A DNA stretch of 64,000 nt, from assembly GCA_001949185.1 (NCBI GenBank), contig BDGG01000012.1, forward strand, positions 240,973-304,972. Reading direction: 5' to 3'. The DNA is from Ramazzottius varieornatus. Lineage: Eukaryota > Animalia > Tardigrada. Every line of letters starts with the position of its first letter. Within the stretch, counting starts at the first letter, position 1. A program made the translations under genes and the position numbers. The notes below the pieces were generated by a model that worked only from the letters and a program-made list of their open reading frames with translations, was not told the DNA's origin and ran no database searches. Of this stretch, positions 35,758 through 50,900 are shown piece after piece.

Positions 35758-38700
35758 TCAAATTTCTTTGTGAACGTGGGTAACTTCTTTGGTCTCGTCC
35801 AGGATCTCAACTTGCTTCTGGTGGAGCTCGCTGCGATCGTGATGGTCATGGATATTGGCCATCGTTTGGCTTCTTCGCACTTTGGGCTTTTTCGGCGACA
35901 GATGGGTCTTGTTCAGTATCACTTCGTACCAACTCTGCAAAATATAGCTACATGTAGCACAGCCTCCATAAGCTAAGTTGGCAACTCGGCAAACAAGGAC
36001 TACAAGATCGTGTGCCGAGGTGGCGCATGCTTTCGACGTTGCTGGCGGGTAGCATGCACCAACTCGAAATAGCGATCTTGTGATTCTTGTCCACTTTCTA
36101 AGTGGCGCGTGTCTCTGCTGTTACTGGCAGTAAGCGTGCGCCACTTTAGTAAACGAGCTTGTCGAGATAGTTTGCCAAGTTTCCCACCAGCGGTCACAGT
36201 TGAAAATTTTCTGATAAAGGGAGGTGGATTCATCTCTAGCATAACATAAAATCAGTGGAGCAAACTTACCCGATCACGCAAGCCTTCATATTTTTCTTGT
36301 AGGTTCTTGTAGTTGCGCTCCAGCATAACGATCTGTTTATTTTTACACGACTACAAGCAGAAAATTTTCGTCGTCAGTTCCCCTTGTTTGTGAGACCACA
36401 ACGAAAGCACGAACTTACGAGATCAATTTTCAGGGAAGCGAGTTCTTTGTGGCACTTGTCCAGTTTCTCCGTCAGATCTTTCACCTTCTTCACCTCGGCC
36501 AGTTTCTCACCAGTGACCAGGAAGCACTCATGAGCCGTCTCCTCTCCAGCCTTCCGCAAGGCACGAGCTTCATCTCTCAACATCTCCACCTTCGTTTCAT
36601 CTGTGAACAACGAAGACCCACTGTTAGAACAGACTATCAGCGTTCAGCGTACGAGGAACATTTAGAAAAACATCTGATACAGTTCAGCCGAAGTACTGCT
36701 TACTGTGAGCCATTTTCTTCTGAAGTTCTTCGATCTCTTCCCGAAGGTCTTTGATAACTTGGTCTCGCTCTTTCACTTCAGCCAGTTCTCGCTGATTCTT
36801 CTGTTCTTTCTTCGCACTCAGCGTCATCTTTTCCCGTTCGGCAACTTCAACCCTCTTCTGCAACGTCTGTAAACGGAATATCCCGTTGAACGTCAGCTCG
36901 GCCAGCAAGCTCGCCAAGAGCGACTTTCCCAATGGCGCGCGATACAAGCCGATAAGGCTGCACACATGCGCCACTTACAAAAATGATTCTTTCGACTTTC
37001 ATTGCCTTGGTTTTATGTACTATTCGTAACTTCGTTCTGTCTGTGTTTTACTCGATAAAAGAGCTTTTTGATGGGGACATCAAAGAGGAACTTACCTGAA
37101 TTTCCGCTTTGAGTCTATTGACTTCAGATCTTGCCGATTCCTGCGACGAGCTGACTTCCCTCTTCACCGATTCCAGCTGCATCTTGGACGAGTTGACCTC
37201 GTGGACATGTCGGCCCACTTCGTCCTTCAGCTTGTTTCGTTCCCGGACCACCTCGTCGTGTTTTTCCCTCAGCGTCTTCTGAGCATTCTTCAGGTCCTCG
37301 ATGGTCTTCTGCATGGAAGCCAGCTCCGGGCTGTGAAATGACTTATTGTTTTGGTGCGCATGTTGTGCGATCATCTTCTCAAGCTTGTTCTTCTCCATCA
37401 AGAGTTCTTCAGCCATGACGGAGGCGTCACGGAAGTCGTACTCGAGCTGCGTGTAAGCCTTATGAAGTCGCTCGTAGTCTTGACGGAGCTTCGGATCGAC
37501 GGCGGACGCTTCGGGAACTGGAATGGGCGTACTGGTGTGAAATGCCCCGACGGAAGTGTTGTGAGTGCGATTCATCGTCACTTCTTGTAGTTCTGTGCGG
37601 AGTCGCTGCACGTCCTCTCGCAGCGTCTGCAAGAAAATTAACCATCGTCGAAATTTCACCTTAGATACTGAGACAGATTTCCCGTAAGAAATATGGGCTC
37701 GGCAAGCAAACTCGTCAAGATCGTTTTCCCAACTGGCGCACGATTTCAGCCAACAGCCATGAAGAAGTGCGCCACTTGGGAAAAACGATCTTGTCGAGTT
37801 TGTTTGATAGTTAACTAAGATCTCATGGCAGATTTTCCACACTAAAGTACAATTTTTGGATTATCTGATAAACCGTGACCACTAGGATTCTGTAAAATAA
37901 ATTTGGAAGAGTGGGATATTTAGGCTGGTAGGAAGAAAAAAGGTTTACCAAGTTTGTGAGCTTCTCGTTGTCAAAGTCGATGTTTTTCTTGTCCAGAAGA
38001 GCGATGGCTTCGTCAAAATCTTTCTCCACTTGGTCGATCCTCTTCTCCAGCTCTCGGTGTTGCTTGCGAGCATCTTGCAGCTCCTTCGTTTTCTCCCTCA
38101 GCTGAGCTTCCAGGTTCAAATCAGACTTACTATTGACCGGCGTCTCTGACTTGTGCACTTCCGGTGACTTCTCCTTATTCCTCAATTTCTGAAAACAGAG
38201 AAACAAAAAGCTCAAGTCAGTTTTGTACAACATAAGAAGAAAGAAGGAAGATCAAGTTTCCAGGCATACCCAAACTTCTTGTTCCAAAGCCGAAATCTTG
38301 TTCTGGTAGAATATATGGTCAACTCGCAAATCCTTCTCGGAGCTTCCGCCAAAACTGATTTGGGCAAAGGCGCTCATAGTTTCTTTGTCGGAAGTTTGAG
38401 CAATCTTCTCTTCGAGGAAGACCGATCTTTCAGTGATGGTTCCGGTGGTGGTCACCACCGTCGTCTTGGTCGAGCGATCTCCCGACCCCAGCCTTCGTTC
38501 CCTCTCGGCCTTGTGTTCCCTGATTCCCGTCAGCGGACTGTCGAATCTCAGACGTCGAGAAGTTAAATCGAGCTCATTATCAGCAAACTTCTGAGTACAA
38601 CTGTCCATCAATTCAGGGCCGAGCTTGGCAGACTGGCGAACTGGACGGTTGGCACTGGTTAGCGCAGTCGACAGCTATAAAAGACCACAAGAATGGTTTT

Positions 38701-41173
38701 AGAGAAGAGTCCAGTAAGGATCTACCTATTTGCCTGGTCATTTGACGCCAGGGAAGACAATTAAGTAATTACGATGAAAGGAATTTGTTTGATCAAGAAG
38801 GTAAACAAAGGGCGGATTATGCCTTGTCCGATCAAAAGTCTTTTACAGGCTCGATTACACCACACCACAAAAGGGCGGAGCAACATCTGCGCACACTGCA
38901 CGGGTCGCACCAATGCATGCTATAACTCGGTGTAGCCTGCGCACCGAGCACCAAATCAATAAATTGTTCAGGCGCCACTGTGAAAAGACCATTTTGCGCA
39001 CTGAGTTTCGCCCTTCTTACTCGAACTTCTTTCTCGCGCGGAATATTTGTAAAATCTGCCATCTGCTTCTCATCCGAGGCTAGGAAAGCTTACTTTTTCG
39101 ATGGTCCGCGCTTGCTCCTTGAACTTTTGCTGATCAGCTTCTTGGGTGGTGCGGAAAGAGCGCAGTAGTGCCAGGTATCGCTGGCAGTCTTTGCAAGATC
39201 CGTCTGGACTGGAGAAGGATTTTTCGCTCAGCCGGATACTGCTTCTTCGGTCGAAATGGACGCGAGAAGTGTTGAGGGATTTATTCAAGCCACTGGTTAG
39301 AGATCTGCAAGGGACAAACAAGAGGTTAAATTCCTGAAGGTCGACCGGGAGCAAGCAAAGTAAAACTGTCTTTATCTGGAATGCATTGCAATCTGCTCAA
39401 CGCGGTACGAATGAACCTCAGACAGATGGTCCTCTGCGCGATATTAGGCCTGTGAGAACTTGCAACACAGCGATTACAGGATGCTGTTATCAATAAGGAG
39501 TCGCCAGTCAGCCACAAAAAACTGGCGTCGACTTTACAACTGACGCAATGAGGGGTTCTTTTTCTCGCCGCGGTTGTCTGTGAGAAAAGTCGCACCTACA
39601 TACCCTCGTCTACTGTGGCGCCGATCCAGGGATGGTTTTAGCACCTATTCAACACTTCCGAGAGACAGAAACGGAAGGGATGAGTGATTAGTAACAGGGA
39701 ACTACGGAGGGAGACCACAGAAAGGAAATCTGGATTTCCTTCAAAATCCGATTTTAAAATGTGCAAGGAATTCTAAAGCAAGGTGCGCACGTCGCTGCGC
39801 CGACGCCAGCCCAGTTCGAAGAGCTGCGGTTGCAGAGACCAATCCCTATTGCGCAAACAGCAAACAGGCCGGCCCAGCCAATCTAGACGCGAAGCGGGGC
39901 ACAGACCTGATCGACTGCTTTACATCAAGTCCGTGCCTGCAGCTTCGAATTTTTTCTGTTCAGCCCGCGCAGTTCAATAAAGCGACCAATCTCTGGAGAG
40001 ACAGAACCCGCTTTTACTCGCGCATGACGTATGCGATCGCCCGTATAAGTAAAATGCGCTAAATGTGACAGCAAACGTTAGTTTCATGACGACTCATTCA
40101 ACCAGAAATCTTGTGCCATTTTCGCGATGTTTTGATTCCACATTTACAGGAGGAGTTTGCCCACCATACTTCACTGTGATCCTACACTTTAAGATTTGTT
40201 CCAAGAAAAGTAAATTCATCGCTGAATATACATACTTCATGGCTATTTTCGAAGGAGCACTTCTCATGGGAGAAGATGTCTTCATGGGGCTAAAGGCAGC
40301 CTTGGTGGGCGACTCGACCATCGACTGGGACTTCTCAAGACTCTTCTTGATTTCATCCAGCTCCTCCTTGAAGTGGTTACGAAAGGCATGAAACTCCTCA
40401 ATCCCTGCAAAACACTGAGCCACTCGTTCCTCCAAGTCATCGAAACCAAGCTCAAGGTTGTGCTGCAGCTCGTTTCTGGTGTCCGTGAAGTTCTCGATGG
40501 ACACTTGCAGCGACTTCTTGTCCGAAGGATCGTCCACTGTCAGCTCTTCAAACTTCAGGAGGACAATGAGGTTGTCAACTAGCTGTACTCTGAAGACATC
40601 TGATCGACGAGCCATGTCGTAGATCTTCTCGAGGAGTCCAGTCCGAAGAGTCATGTCAGTGACGTTGGGAGGCTGTAAGATAAAGTCAGAAAATAGTCGA
40701 AAATTCGATAAAATTCCTGGATAATTTCCTAAGCGCAAATACAACGATCAGAAAGTTCTGATAAAATTCCACAATATTACCTCAAGTTCTCCGTAGCTCC
40801 AGTCGAGATTTAGATGCGTTTCTTGGATGCCTAGAGGTTTGTCTCCGGAGCCTTCGTCAGTCTGGTTGGTAGCGCTGATCGATGTGCGCACCCTGGCGTT
40901 TTCTGCTTGCTCCAGCCGGAGCTTGTACGTGTCCAGACGCTCTTTCAGCTCCTCATTCTGGATCTTGTATAAGGAAAGAGAATCAGCGTGCTTCTTCAGC
41001 TTCTCATTCTCCTGCTTCAAGCGTAGGTTTTCTTCGAGGAGTAGCTCGATCTCTTTCTCTTTGGAGGCATTTCTGACTTTCAAATCTTCAAACTCGTCCA
41101 CCTTCATGCTGGTTTGTCTCCTGCCTTTTGCAATACGTGCTCCAGTGCCTCTGCTGCTTGGCGTATCCGTCAT
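35758..41173 (-). CDS. Long multi-exon coiled-coil protein of unknown family
   Basis: Series of E/K/L-rich ORF segments bounded by GT-AG sites, from MTDTPSS to ..VTHVHKEI*; junctions checked were in phase. Confidence 0.7.
35980..36185. repeat. Family A dimer, intronic
   Basis: GGCAACTCGGCAAAC ... two core units ... GTTTGCCAAGTTTCCC. Confidence 0.8.
36893..37012. repeat. Family A monomer, intronic
   Basis: CTCGGCCAGCAAGCTCG...AATGGCGCGC...ATGCGCCACTT. Confidence 0.7.
37695..37812. repeat. Family A monomer, closest to consensus, intronic
   Basis: CAAACTCGTCAAGATCGTTTTCCCAACTGGCGCAC-N25-GTGCGCCACTTGGGAAAAACGATCTTGTCGAGTTTG. Confidence 0.88.
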
Positions 41174-43107
41174 CGTGCAGAGTATATAGCAGAGAAAACG
41201 GTAAATATGGAGTAAAATCTGCAAACAAAATCACAAGCGTATTACGAATAATCCAGAATATTATTTTATCAACATAATATCTTGACTGTAAGAGCACACT
41301 TAATAGCATACTCTTACCTTAGCTCCAATGGAAATAAATGGGAAGATTACAAACAGCAGTAACCGGAGGTAGCAGAGGATATTCTTCCCTGAGATGGAAA
41401 TTTTGCATGCAATGGCGTATCGGGGCTAAATCCTCATATCATCATTCTTGTCCAACGGCACAATCCACCTTCCATCTGTCGTCCACAAGTGCATCGATGT
41501 CTTTCCAGGACCTCTTTCCTCAAATTCATCCCTCTGGGTGTCAGGAAGAAACAGTATCACAGGAACAGGTTTAGAAAGCAACGGAAGAAAAGATGTCCGA
41601 TAGAATAGCTGGCCGAAACAGTCGCGGTCCCTTTCTGACGTTGGGGTGAGTAATCAACGAACAGAGCCGTTATATCGGTTATGTGATTTGAGTCACACAA
41701 TGGGGGCGCCGCGCTCTCAGCCCATTCGTCTGGACTCATGGTGGGCATACAGCGGTTGGCTCGGTGCATTTACCAGATGACGCCACGGCCCGCATTGTTT
41801 ACCAGCTCATCGTGCCAGATTTCCCGCAGTTCGAATTCTTGTCTCCTCTTCAGCTCTTTCTGGACTTCGAAGGACAACGCTGCGATAGCGCTACCGGTTC
41901 ACAAGTACGTAGGCTAGACAGCTCTGTCAGGGTGAATCTAGGTCTATATTCACCGTGGCTCTGTCCCGATCTAAAATTGTTACAGATCTAAAATTGTTTT
42001 CACTAAATTACTTGCCGGAAGCTAATCTATCCTCTGTACACGTGTACTCGTATTTGAACTTGAAGTTTAGTGCTTGCAATCGGAAGTGAGGCCCTCTATG
42101 CAATATCCTTTGGGTTTCTGGCTGGCTCCAGTCTGACCAAAGTGGTTATTCAACAATTACCGGTCCTGTTCTTCGTATCGTTCTTCTTCACGCTCGAACA
42201 GGTGTAAGAAAAGGTGTGTACGATTCAGTATGCGGTGCTCCCGCTAGTTATTAGTTGAGGTTTCGTTGGCAATTTGGCAGGGAGGATTTTCGTTTACGTG
42301 AAATGAATAGAAACAAACTCGTTCGAAAACCAGTTTCGGTTTACGCGTCAGAAGTCCAGGTGTGAGGGAGCTGTCATATCAGCAAAAGAAGCCGTCAAGA
42401 AAAATCTCACCCATCCACTTTTTGCCCTCCCATCTGACACCGGTAGACCTGTCACCAAACTGGTACTTATGCATTTTTCTCCGCTAAAATACCTTATTAG
42501 CATGTATATTTATTATAGGTAATGGATGTTCGGAAGACCGGTGAACCGCTGCACCGATCATCGCAGGAAACTGACGTCCGGAGCGACCTTCGTTTCGATT
42601 GACTTGGCTACTTCCACAGACAGTTCCCCTCGCGTGGCACTTCCACATGCAATACTCTGCAACTTTGCTCACAGCAGCATATTTTGTGTTTTGTTTGCTC
42701 TCATTATCGTTATCGTTTTAGGTGAAAATAAACTTGCTGATAGCGGTTCGGCAATCGTGCATGAAGGCTCTACTTCGAAGAACCAAGGTATGCGTTTCCT
42801 TGGTGGTACTTGAGAAGGGGACTGCATCAGCGTTTCACGTGCTCTACGCGGAAGTACCTTATGAATATTTCCCAAGTCTGCAGGTAAGCCACAAAGACTC
42901 TCCACGACGAAGGCAGACCCTCTTGAACTAGCATGACGCAAAAATTTAACCCGCATATGGGCCGTGACGAATATGAGAAAAACATTCGTAAAATTTGAGA
43001 GATATGTAGAAGACCTCATATTGGTGTAGACTTTAGACTCACTCCACTCACTCGACTGTTTTGGATAAAAATTTCACCTTTATTAAAAGAGGAACCGCCA
43101 CCGTGAT

Positions 43108-43232
43108 CCGGAATCTAGGTAAACAACTCGCAAAGATCCTTTCTCTAAGTTGCGCACGCTTCCAGTCTTTATTTCCAGTAATGTACGCCACTTGGCAACA
43201 CAATCTTCTAGTGTTGGTTTGACGAGCCCTCC
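43108..43232. repeat. Family A monomer upstream of the BICDR-like CDS
   Basis: CTAAGTTGCGCAC...GTACGCCACTTGG with degenerate outer arms. Confidence 0.7.
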
Positions 43233-44918
43233 TTAATTTGGCTTGGTTTGCATCTGATAAACTCTAATCAGGCCGAGCGAAGCGAGTCCCTTTTAAGTCT
43301 GTCGAGATTTCAGTGGACGATCAGATTGTTCGAGCTTTCAGATATCGCAACCTCTGTACTGAAAACAAGTGCGTAACTTGATCCGAGCAGCAAAAGTTTT
43401 TACTCGCAAAACTTGTGCTTCTTTTCTTCTGCTCGGCTTTCCCAGTGGTGAGAACCACTAACTTAGCTAGTTATAAACCATCGTTTGCCAGTCTTATCTG
43501 GATGAAGCCCGCGCAAAACAGTTCTTATGCGGTACCGTAGAGAACATTACAAAGGAGAACTCGTCTGCGTACGAATGATAGGGCATCGTTCACCGACTTC
43601 CTTCTTGTTTTCAGGTCGCTCCTTTGTATCCTGCTTGCAGGCGTTAGATCGGCGAAGCTATCTTCCTCCGAATGAATCACCTGGAAAATAAGGTGGGCAA
43701 AAAAGCAGATGTACTTATTTTTCCTGCGCTGTCAGCTGCTTTTGTATGGAAACGTGATGAAATATTGATGGGGCCGGTTCAGGGGTTTTCATAAGCGCCA
43801 CATGTTTAGTCCTCGTCAGCAGTCTTGATACTAATAACGTCTCGGTGGTCTGGCTATCCACCGATCCACTTCAGCGCATCTAGTCTCTACCACCTGTAAT
43901 TACATGCAAGCCCATCCTTGCGTTATCTGCCACAGCCAATGTCCGTTGTGGTCAGCAGCGATTATACCTGTGTACTCGCAACGATCTACTTGGTCTCCCA
44001 GATCTAAAAGCAGCAGCAGCTGCGTAGCATGCACATGCAAAGCTGTTCTCATCTACAAATTTAAGCTCGTTGTTACTTTCTATGTTTCTCTCTCGTTATC
44101 CATCCATGCGGAAAGAGTGAGAGCTCACAAAGCTGATGGGCCTAATGCACGCTCGTACTCCTTCCGGCTGAATCCCGCTCTCGTTTTCAAACGGGCCTCA
44201 CCTGACTCTTTTTACTGTATAGCTCTTCCTTGTTCGATAACAAGAGAGGGAACCGTCTATATTGATCTTTCCGGGTCTTATTTTTGATTTATGCTGTACA
44301 GGTGTTCCGCCGATCGATTTCTTTCGATGCGATGCGGGAGACGGTTATTCTAATCTAACCTGTGGGCGCTTGTGAAGGACTCATTTGCCGGTACCTGACG
44401 GGTTTTCCAGTCGCATCGGTTGGAGCTGCAAAGTACACCTGGAATATCGATTGGATTTCAAGGAAGACAGGTTCGTGAACTGAATACAGCACGGTGTATT
44501 TTGATGGTTCCTCGTCGATCATATGGCGCCGTTTCGGATATGCATCGACTTGTCTTGAATATTTCACACCGAATATTGTCCACCTACTGTATATTATTGC
44601 GCCAAATAAAGCTGACGTCTATATTCTATTGCAGAGAAGTTGGCGGCACGACTGTGTTAAAGTGGGTTCGGGCTTGAGCAGAGGTAAGTACATCCTCAGT
44701 GGGAGAACAATCGTACCTCTATGAGTCATTATGATGCATAAAAGTGAATACCAACTTGTTGTGACGTTCACTCCCTTGTCAGGCTTGAGGTTCGGTACCT
44801 TTAGTGGGTATTACGTATATCCAAGAGCCTTGTAAAGGTGCGTAATCGAACGAAGCGTGAAGCGCTGTAGCTGGTACCTGCCCAAGGCGATCGACGTCGA
44901 CAACAACAGTCAGCAAGC

Positions 44919-47900
44919 ATGTCTTGCGATACAGCTAGTAACGCGCTAGATCGATCGGAAAGAGAATTTTCCTCCGATTTCGGTTATTCGAGCCTGTCGG
45001 ACTTTTCTCGTGGTATCGACCTTGACGATTACTTGGAGGAACTGGAGAAGAGGATGGCCGCCGAGACGGACCATGACGGCGACTCGTCACAGGGCTCGCT
45101 GAGGAATACCCCCGATCTGCTGACACAGTTACAACAGAAGGAAAGGGATCTGATGCTGGCGGCGGAACTGGGCAAAGCTCTCCTGGAACGCAATGAGGAA
45201 CTAACCAAACGACAGGAAATTCTGACGAAGGACTACTCCGCTCGAATCGAGGTAAGGGTCGGGGAAAAATGGTCGAGACTGATCAAAAAATAATTTTTTT
45301 TGATATTCCTCAATGTATGGCGAGTCTTCCAATATGCGGTAGCACGGTCCAACAATTCACTAGATTCCTCGGGTTGTCGTTAGCAGTGCAGCATCTTGAG
45401 AGTTGTGATAGTTGGTCGCGATGACCATTGAACGATTGTTTGTGTACGTTGAACGATCACGGACAAAACCCTGAACAAACCCCTCATTCGTCTTGTTCGA
45501 GCTGGAGAGCGATAATATTTTGTCGGTCTAGACCCAACAGAGAAAAATGTCCTGTTTGATACACTTCACACCCGCGAACGTACCCTCAAAAATTTACCGT
45601 CGTTCTTAGTCATAAATGAAGAGACAGCACGATGAGGAAGTTCATCGGGAAAGTATTTGACGACGTTTATGACTTTCTCAAGCGCCTACAACCATATAAA
45701 TCACCAAAAATGTCGAAGAAGTCGTTTCTTACGAGTCGAGTAAGATCCAGCTACGATTGGTTTAACGGCATTTTGAAGAGCATTTTAATATTAAGCGTTT
45801 CCTTGCTCGAAACTTCGGGTCGTTACACCGCGCAAGTTGGTGTAACGGGGGTATAATCCAGAGCCTGACCCGGGCAGGGGATGGGGGCAGGGATTTCCGG
45901 TTAGAGTATCTCTGAATCTTCCTTGGAGTTGGGACTATGGTCCTTATACCTTTCTTGTTCAGCGTGAAAAGTTAGGCGAGCAGCCGCGCGGTGCCGGGTG
46001 TGGGTGTGAAAAGGGCCAAAAAGATTTCCTCTCTTATTGGGCTTATACCGTACTTATGGGTCCTATAAATTTAAATATTTTGAAATACCTTAAATTTAAT
46101 GTTTAAAACACCCAAGAACGATTCTTTCTGGGCAAACACGACGGTCCAGGACTAAACCGGACAGAACTACGTGAAAAAATCTTCTGATCAAAAGACCTGC
46201 TGGTCTCAGCCTCAGATTCCTCATGATACAAAATTTCAAATTCGAGGATCTCTAACGAGAAAACATTTCGGTGAATGATCTGTCCAATAGAAACCGAGCT
46301 TTCGTTGGTATCATGCATTACGAAAGAACCCCGATTTCTATCTTGGTTTTCCGTAATGGATTAAAATAGTGGTGCATGTACGCTAGGAAATCGATCGGTG
46401 GGAGGAAATGCAGGTAGAACAGCGTGCAGGTTTGCGTAAGCATCATCGAAGGGTACGTGGAGGTTGCGAGATGGTCTTCATCAGGCCATGTAGGAGGTGA
46501 AGGAGGAAAGATCAGTTTTGAGGTCGGACCTCGTAATACATAGGTACTAACGATGAAAGTGGTTTGGATGCTGATCCAGTTGCTTGTGTGGGCCGATACC
46601 AAATAACTCGGTGATACCTTGGCCCAAAGATCGGCCAATTTGTGAGCAATACTGCGTAATCGTGTCAACAACAAATTGAGCGAGGTGTGTTGACTATTTG
46701 GGTCTCGTTTGTCGTGGGGGAGATTATCTTTTTCGCGTTGACTCAAAGGTGCGCCACTGAAATGATCGACCGTCGACTTACGCTCTGATACTTCCGCCTT
46801 AAATTCCAACCATCCACCACCAAGAAGCCCTAGCCTGCTTCGTCACACGAGTGTCACGTAACGATGATTAATCAGATAGCTCTTCTTTCTCTGATTGGAA
46901 AAACACATTTCACAGCTGAGTTCCTCACAGGGTGGTTTTTCTCCTATGGAAAGAATAATGGTACGCTCGAATAGAACCATGGTGCCCGCGATTTTGACTA
47001 ATAGCACCGGACCCTGATTTCTATTTAGAAACCAATGAAAACGCTTCACAGTGCTGCAACACAGAAAGCAAGCTTGTTTTCGTTACAACGAGGACCTTCA
47101 CTTCTTTTTTGAGGTTTGCCAACTGATGTAGAGCGCATCCTTGATAACTTGGCGATCAAAGGAAAATTCTGCTGAGGCTGCAAGGACGGTCTTGAAAGTA
47201 CTATTCAATAGTCATTATTGAGACGTGGTCCCGTGGAACGTTAGACGAAAATGTGGTCACAGTCTTGGGCTCTTGATGGAAGTACAGCAACGTGGTGGGC
47301 TTGACAAAAACACGTGTGGTAATGTAGTGAATGAGATCCGGTTTACACTTGTAGCCCCTTTTAAAGGGCCATTAATGCCGTCGGTGTCCAGAACTTTGGC
47401 ACTGTTTATTTATTCAAATTTCTACACCGCCTCATATTACGCCGCGGTTATGATAGCTTCAGCCGCGTGTGACGAACATGTTATCAATACATGTGCCCAG
47501 CATACTGCGTATTTGATAATCCAATAAGACGTGAAATTTACTGCTAGAACGCTAACACGATTATTGGTTTTGCGGAGGTCCGAAAACATCGTAAACTCAC
47601 CCTAATGGAATAATATTTTTCGAACATCTTTCTGTATTATCGTAACCTGAGGTCGCTGTTAAGTGAGGCTAGTGTTCGTGAGGCTTTCTACCAACAAGAA
47701 AAAATTTTCCGAATGGAGAGCCGGCAAACATACTGCATTCAACCTGATCGTTATCCCGAATGACGCACTTTTCCGTTATTAATGACTGAAAGCGTGCGCC
47801 ACTGGGTATAGCCACTATGATTAAGTCATTTGCCGACGTCCCAATTATGATTGATGGAAGACTGTGACGAGGGCACCAGCGAGGTCTCTGATCAACCAGC

Positions 47901-50900
47901 TAACTGGGTTTTCCCCCATCAGGTCAAGAAATTATGATTTTGAATTTGCTAGCAGACTCTTGTAGGTTAAGATTGAGGTAATCGTTCAGTCTTGATGAGA
48001 AACATGTATACAGTGCACGAGAGCCTGGTCCACATCGATCTCGTTTACTCGTTGTGATATCATCGAGCGGAAATCCGAATGAGACACACTGCAATCAAAA
48101 CGGATTTATTGCACGCGAACTCGCGAGCTAGCGGCTGTACCGTGCGTGGCACCACTTTTAGATCGCCATAATAAACCTTTCGAGACACTCAACTGACTAG
48201 CTTTTCTGACAGAAAGATGCCGAACGATACTAGATGAGAAAAAATTACAGAGATTTCATAGTGTTTATTTCAATGTTGGACGAGCAAACTGATGGTCAGC
48301 CTGAGGTGCTATCAGACGGAAATACGGCTGTTTGTAATACTGCAGTACTTGACACCTCACCGACCTCCATCTGTCAGAAAATCTGTCAGAACGAGCTACA
48401 TCGTCCGATTTATTGGTTCCCTAAAGTAAACTTTACAGGAAATCCGAATATAGTGTTTTATATGGGCGATTTTCCTTAACGTCGGTCATAATTTCGATAT
48501 AACTCGACCAGCCCGTTTGTCCAAGTGGCTCACGTATACAGTGATGTTGGCGCGAAAGCGTCCGCCACTTAGAAAGCGATCTGGTCGAGTTTTCAAGCGG
48601 CGTATGTTTGCGGCAATATTGGCTGGTAGTGTGCGCCACTTGGGAGTACAATCTAGTCAAGTATGTTTGCCAGGCTCGCAGCTGAAATTTCAAAACAAGG
48701 AATTTAAAGGCCCGTAAAATTAAGAAGTTATCGCAAACAAAGTAGAGTATCGGGAATATAGTGGCAGGAAGAGGGGTGGTTCAGGTGAACGCATACACGG
48801 CACAAACAGTGATTGTGTTTGCGAAAGTCCTTGATCATTAGTCGTTACTCACGATGGCCGGATACTGCGTAATAGTCTGCGAGAGGTAGTCCTTTTGTGA
48901 AGTGGGATAACAGGACCTGTTTTGAATGTGTTTGTTGATGTGCGAAATGACTGAGCGGCATGTGGCTTATTGGACGTCCATCTCCACTTATTTTCATCAC
49001 TACCAAAGTGAGAAAGATTACCAACCGCCAGGCTTCTGTGTGATGGACAGGCAAGCGCACACAGGAGCCATTACGGGATCTGACCTCAGCATCCGGCATG
49101 TGGTCCATTCAAAGAGGCTGTCATCCCAGAATTGAATAACAGTGCACTACAGGGCGTTATTTGCACTCTATATTCTCTTCTCCCACAGGTGCTATTTGCA
49201 TTATCCTCGGCCGAATTAATAAGAGACCTACTGGAAAAGGACATTATGCGCTTCTGTCAGCTCCGTGCAGTGTGATGGATTGCTCAATCGAACATTCACG
49301 GGCCAGGCACGCCTCTTCCTTGATGCAAAATGAGCTACAAGATTAATCAAGTTCCTCGCCGGACGTAGAGTATCTTTTCATCAAGTGCGCATATGCGAGT
49401 TATTGTTGTCGGCACATTCGCGGCCTTTTTGTAAGATTGAAGGCTGGACTATTCGTCTTATGTATGCGGGTTGATGACAACAACTCGTTTGCTGGTCAGT
49501 ACTCGTGTACAGTGTAATTTCGGTGCTGATTTCAAAGCGCAGACACTAAATTCTGGGCTAAGACTAGCTTACCATATCTGACAGGGTATGAAAGGACCGA
49601 TTGCCCCAAAACTTTCGAATAACCCGTCGTAAAATGGTCAAGAAAGACTCTTGAACCGTCGAAGTGCGAATTTTCGGCCGTGTTAGCGATTTGGGCAGTT
49701 CATCAGAAACGTACATACATCGACTATACTGAGTAATGGTAGTAGTTAGTATGTAGGTTGCTGGAAGTGATTCTGGCTGCATTTCATGAACCTGTATGCC
49801 TGGCTAACGACGTCGTGTATTGGGTCGTCGTATGCAGGTGTATGTCTCGCCTCTTTATGACACAATAGGCCATTCAGCACTGTTTGAGTGTTGATAACGT
49901 TTGTTGGAAGTATCAAGACGTGCCGTTGAAAGTGTTATTTCTCCGCGGATGCGCAAGTTAAATATCGGATAACGGTAGTAGCGGACGCAACACTAAATAT
50001 TGACTTGAGATTATCTCTCTTTCTTGCGAGGTGGTGAGAAACGCGCGGCAGCAACTGTAGCGACCCATTGGCGTGTGAGGAAGTCAACCATTAGAACGTA
50101 ACAAGGCTCTAATGCATGTCCGAATGAGCGCGAAAGCAGAGCGTAACCATACTTGGTTTTTTGTTGCTACTTTCTTTTTGTCAATCGTCTTTCATTGTGC
50201 TGAATTCGACGCTTGTCCGATTTCACAACAACTTGTTTTTACCGACCTTTCCTCCACCTGTCAATTAAGTCATGCATTGCATGCGCCACTCGTTTGATCA
50301 ACTATAAAAGTTAATTTTCATGTTCTTACCAAACCAACGTCGGACAAAAGCGACGTAAATTAACAGACTCGGCAGACGGAAAAATACTATTCTTATGAAT
50401 CTTGTTAAATTAACTCATGGTTAAAATCTCACCAAGTTAAGTTCTAACCATGTTCGTCGAAAGTTCCGCTGTCGTATAATAAGTACCATTATCTAATAAG
50501 TTCAATAAACTAACCTGTAAAGCAATAAAGCGGTGACCTTGTTGCAAATCCGCTCGAAGGTTGCGACCTCAAGCAAAAACTCTACGACGGCTTTATCGTC
50601 CATTGTTCGTCAAAGTAACCAGTATCGTATATTTCCCTTGGAATCGGCTCTTCCGGCTGTGACGGTCATTATCAGTTCGACCCTCTAAAATGACCGTCAA
50701 TAGGTATTAAATTCGATACGAGCTTTATGAAACTCTATCGTATAGGCAATCGTAAAGGTACATTCACCGTGGACGTGTGTTGGGTTTTATGAATTACAAA
50801 AGATGAAACCGTAAACTCTAACGGCAATCGAAACCTTGGCTGAGAACTTTGGGTCGTGAAAGCCGGAACCGGTTAGCATTCAACTGGGACAGCGGCGAAT

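Noticed and set aside
41425-41900. Possible small minus-strand gene (..QKELKRRQEFELREIWHDELVKQCGPWRHL spliced to RDEFEERGPG..)
   Set aside because: In-frame stop immediately upstream and no convincing start or acceptor; cannot support without transcripts.
45820-47090. Possible LTR or Helitron remnant (CGTTACACC/GGTGTAACG hairpin, purine run, 163-aa ORF)
   Set aside because: No paired LTRs, TSD, CTRR end or recognisable retroelement motifs.
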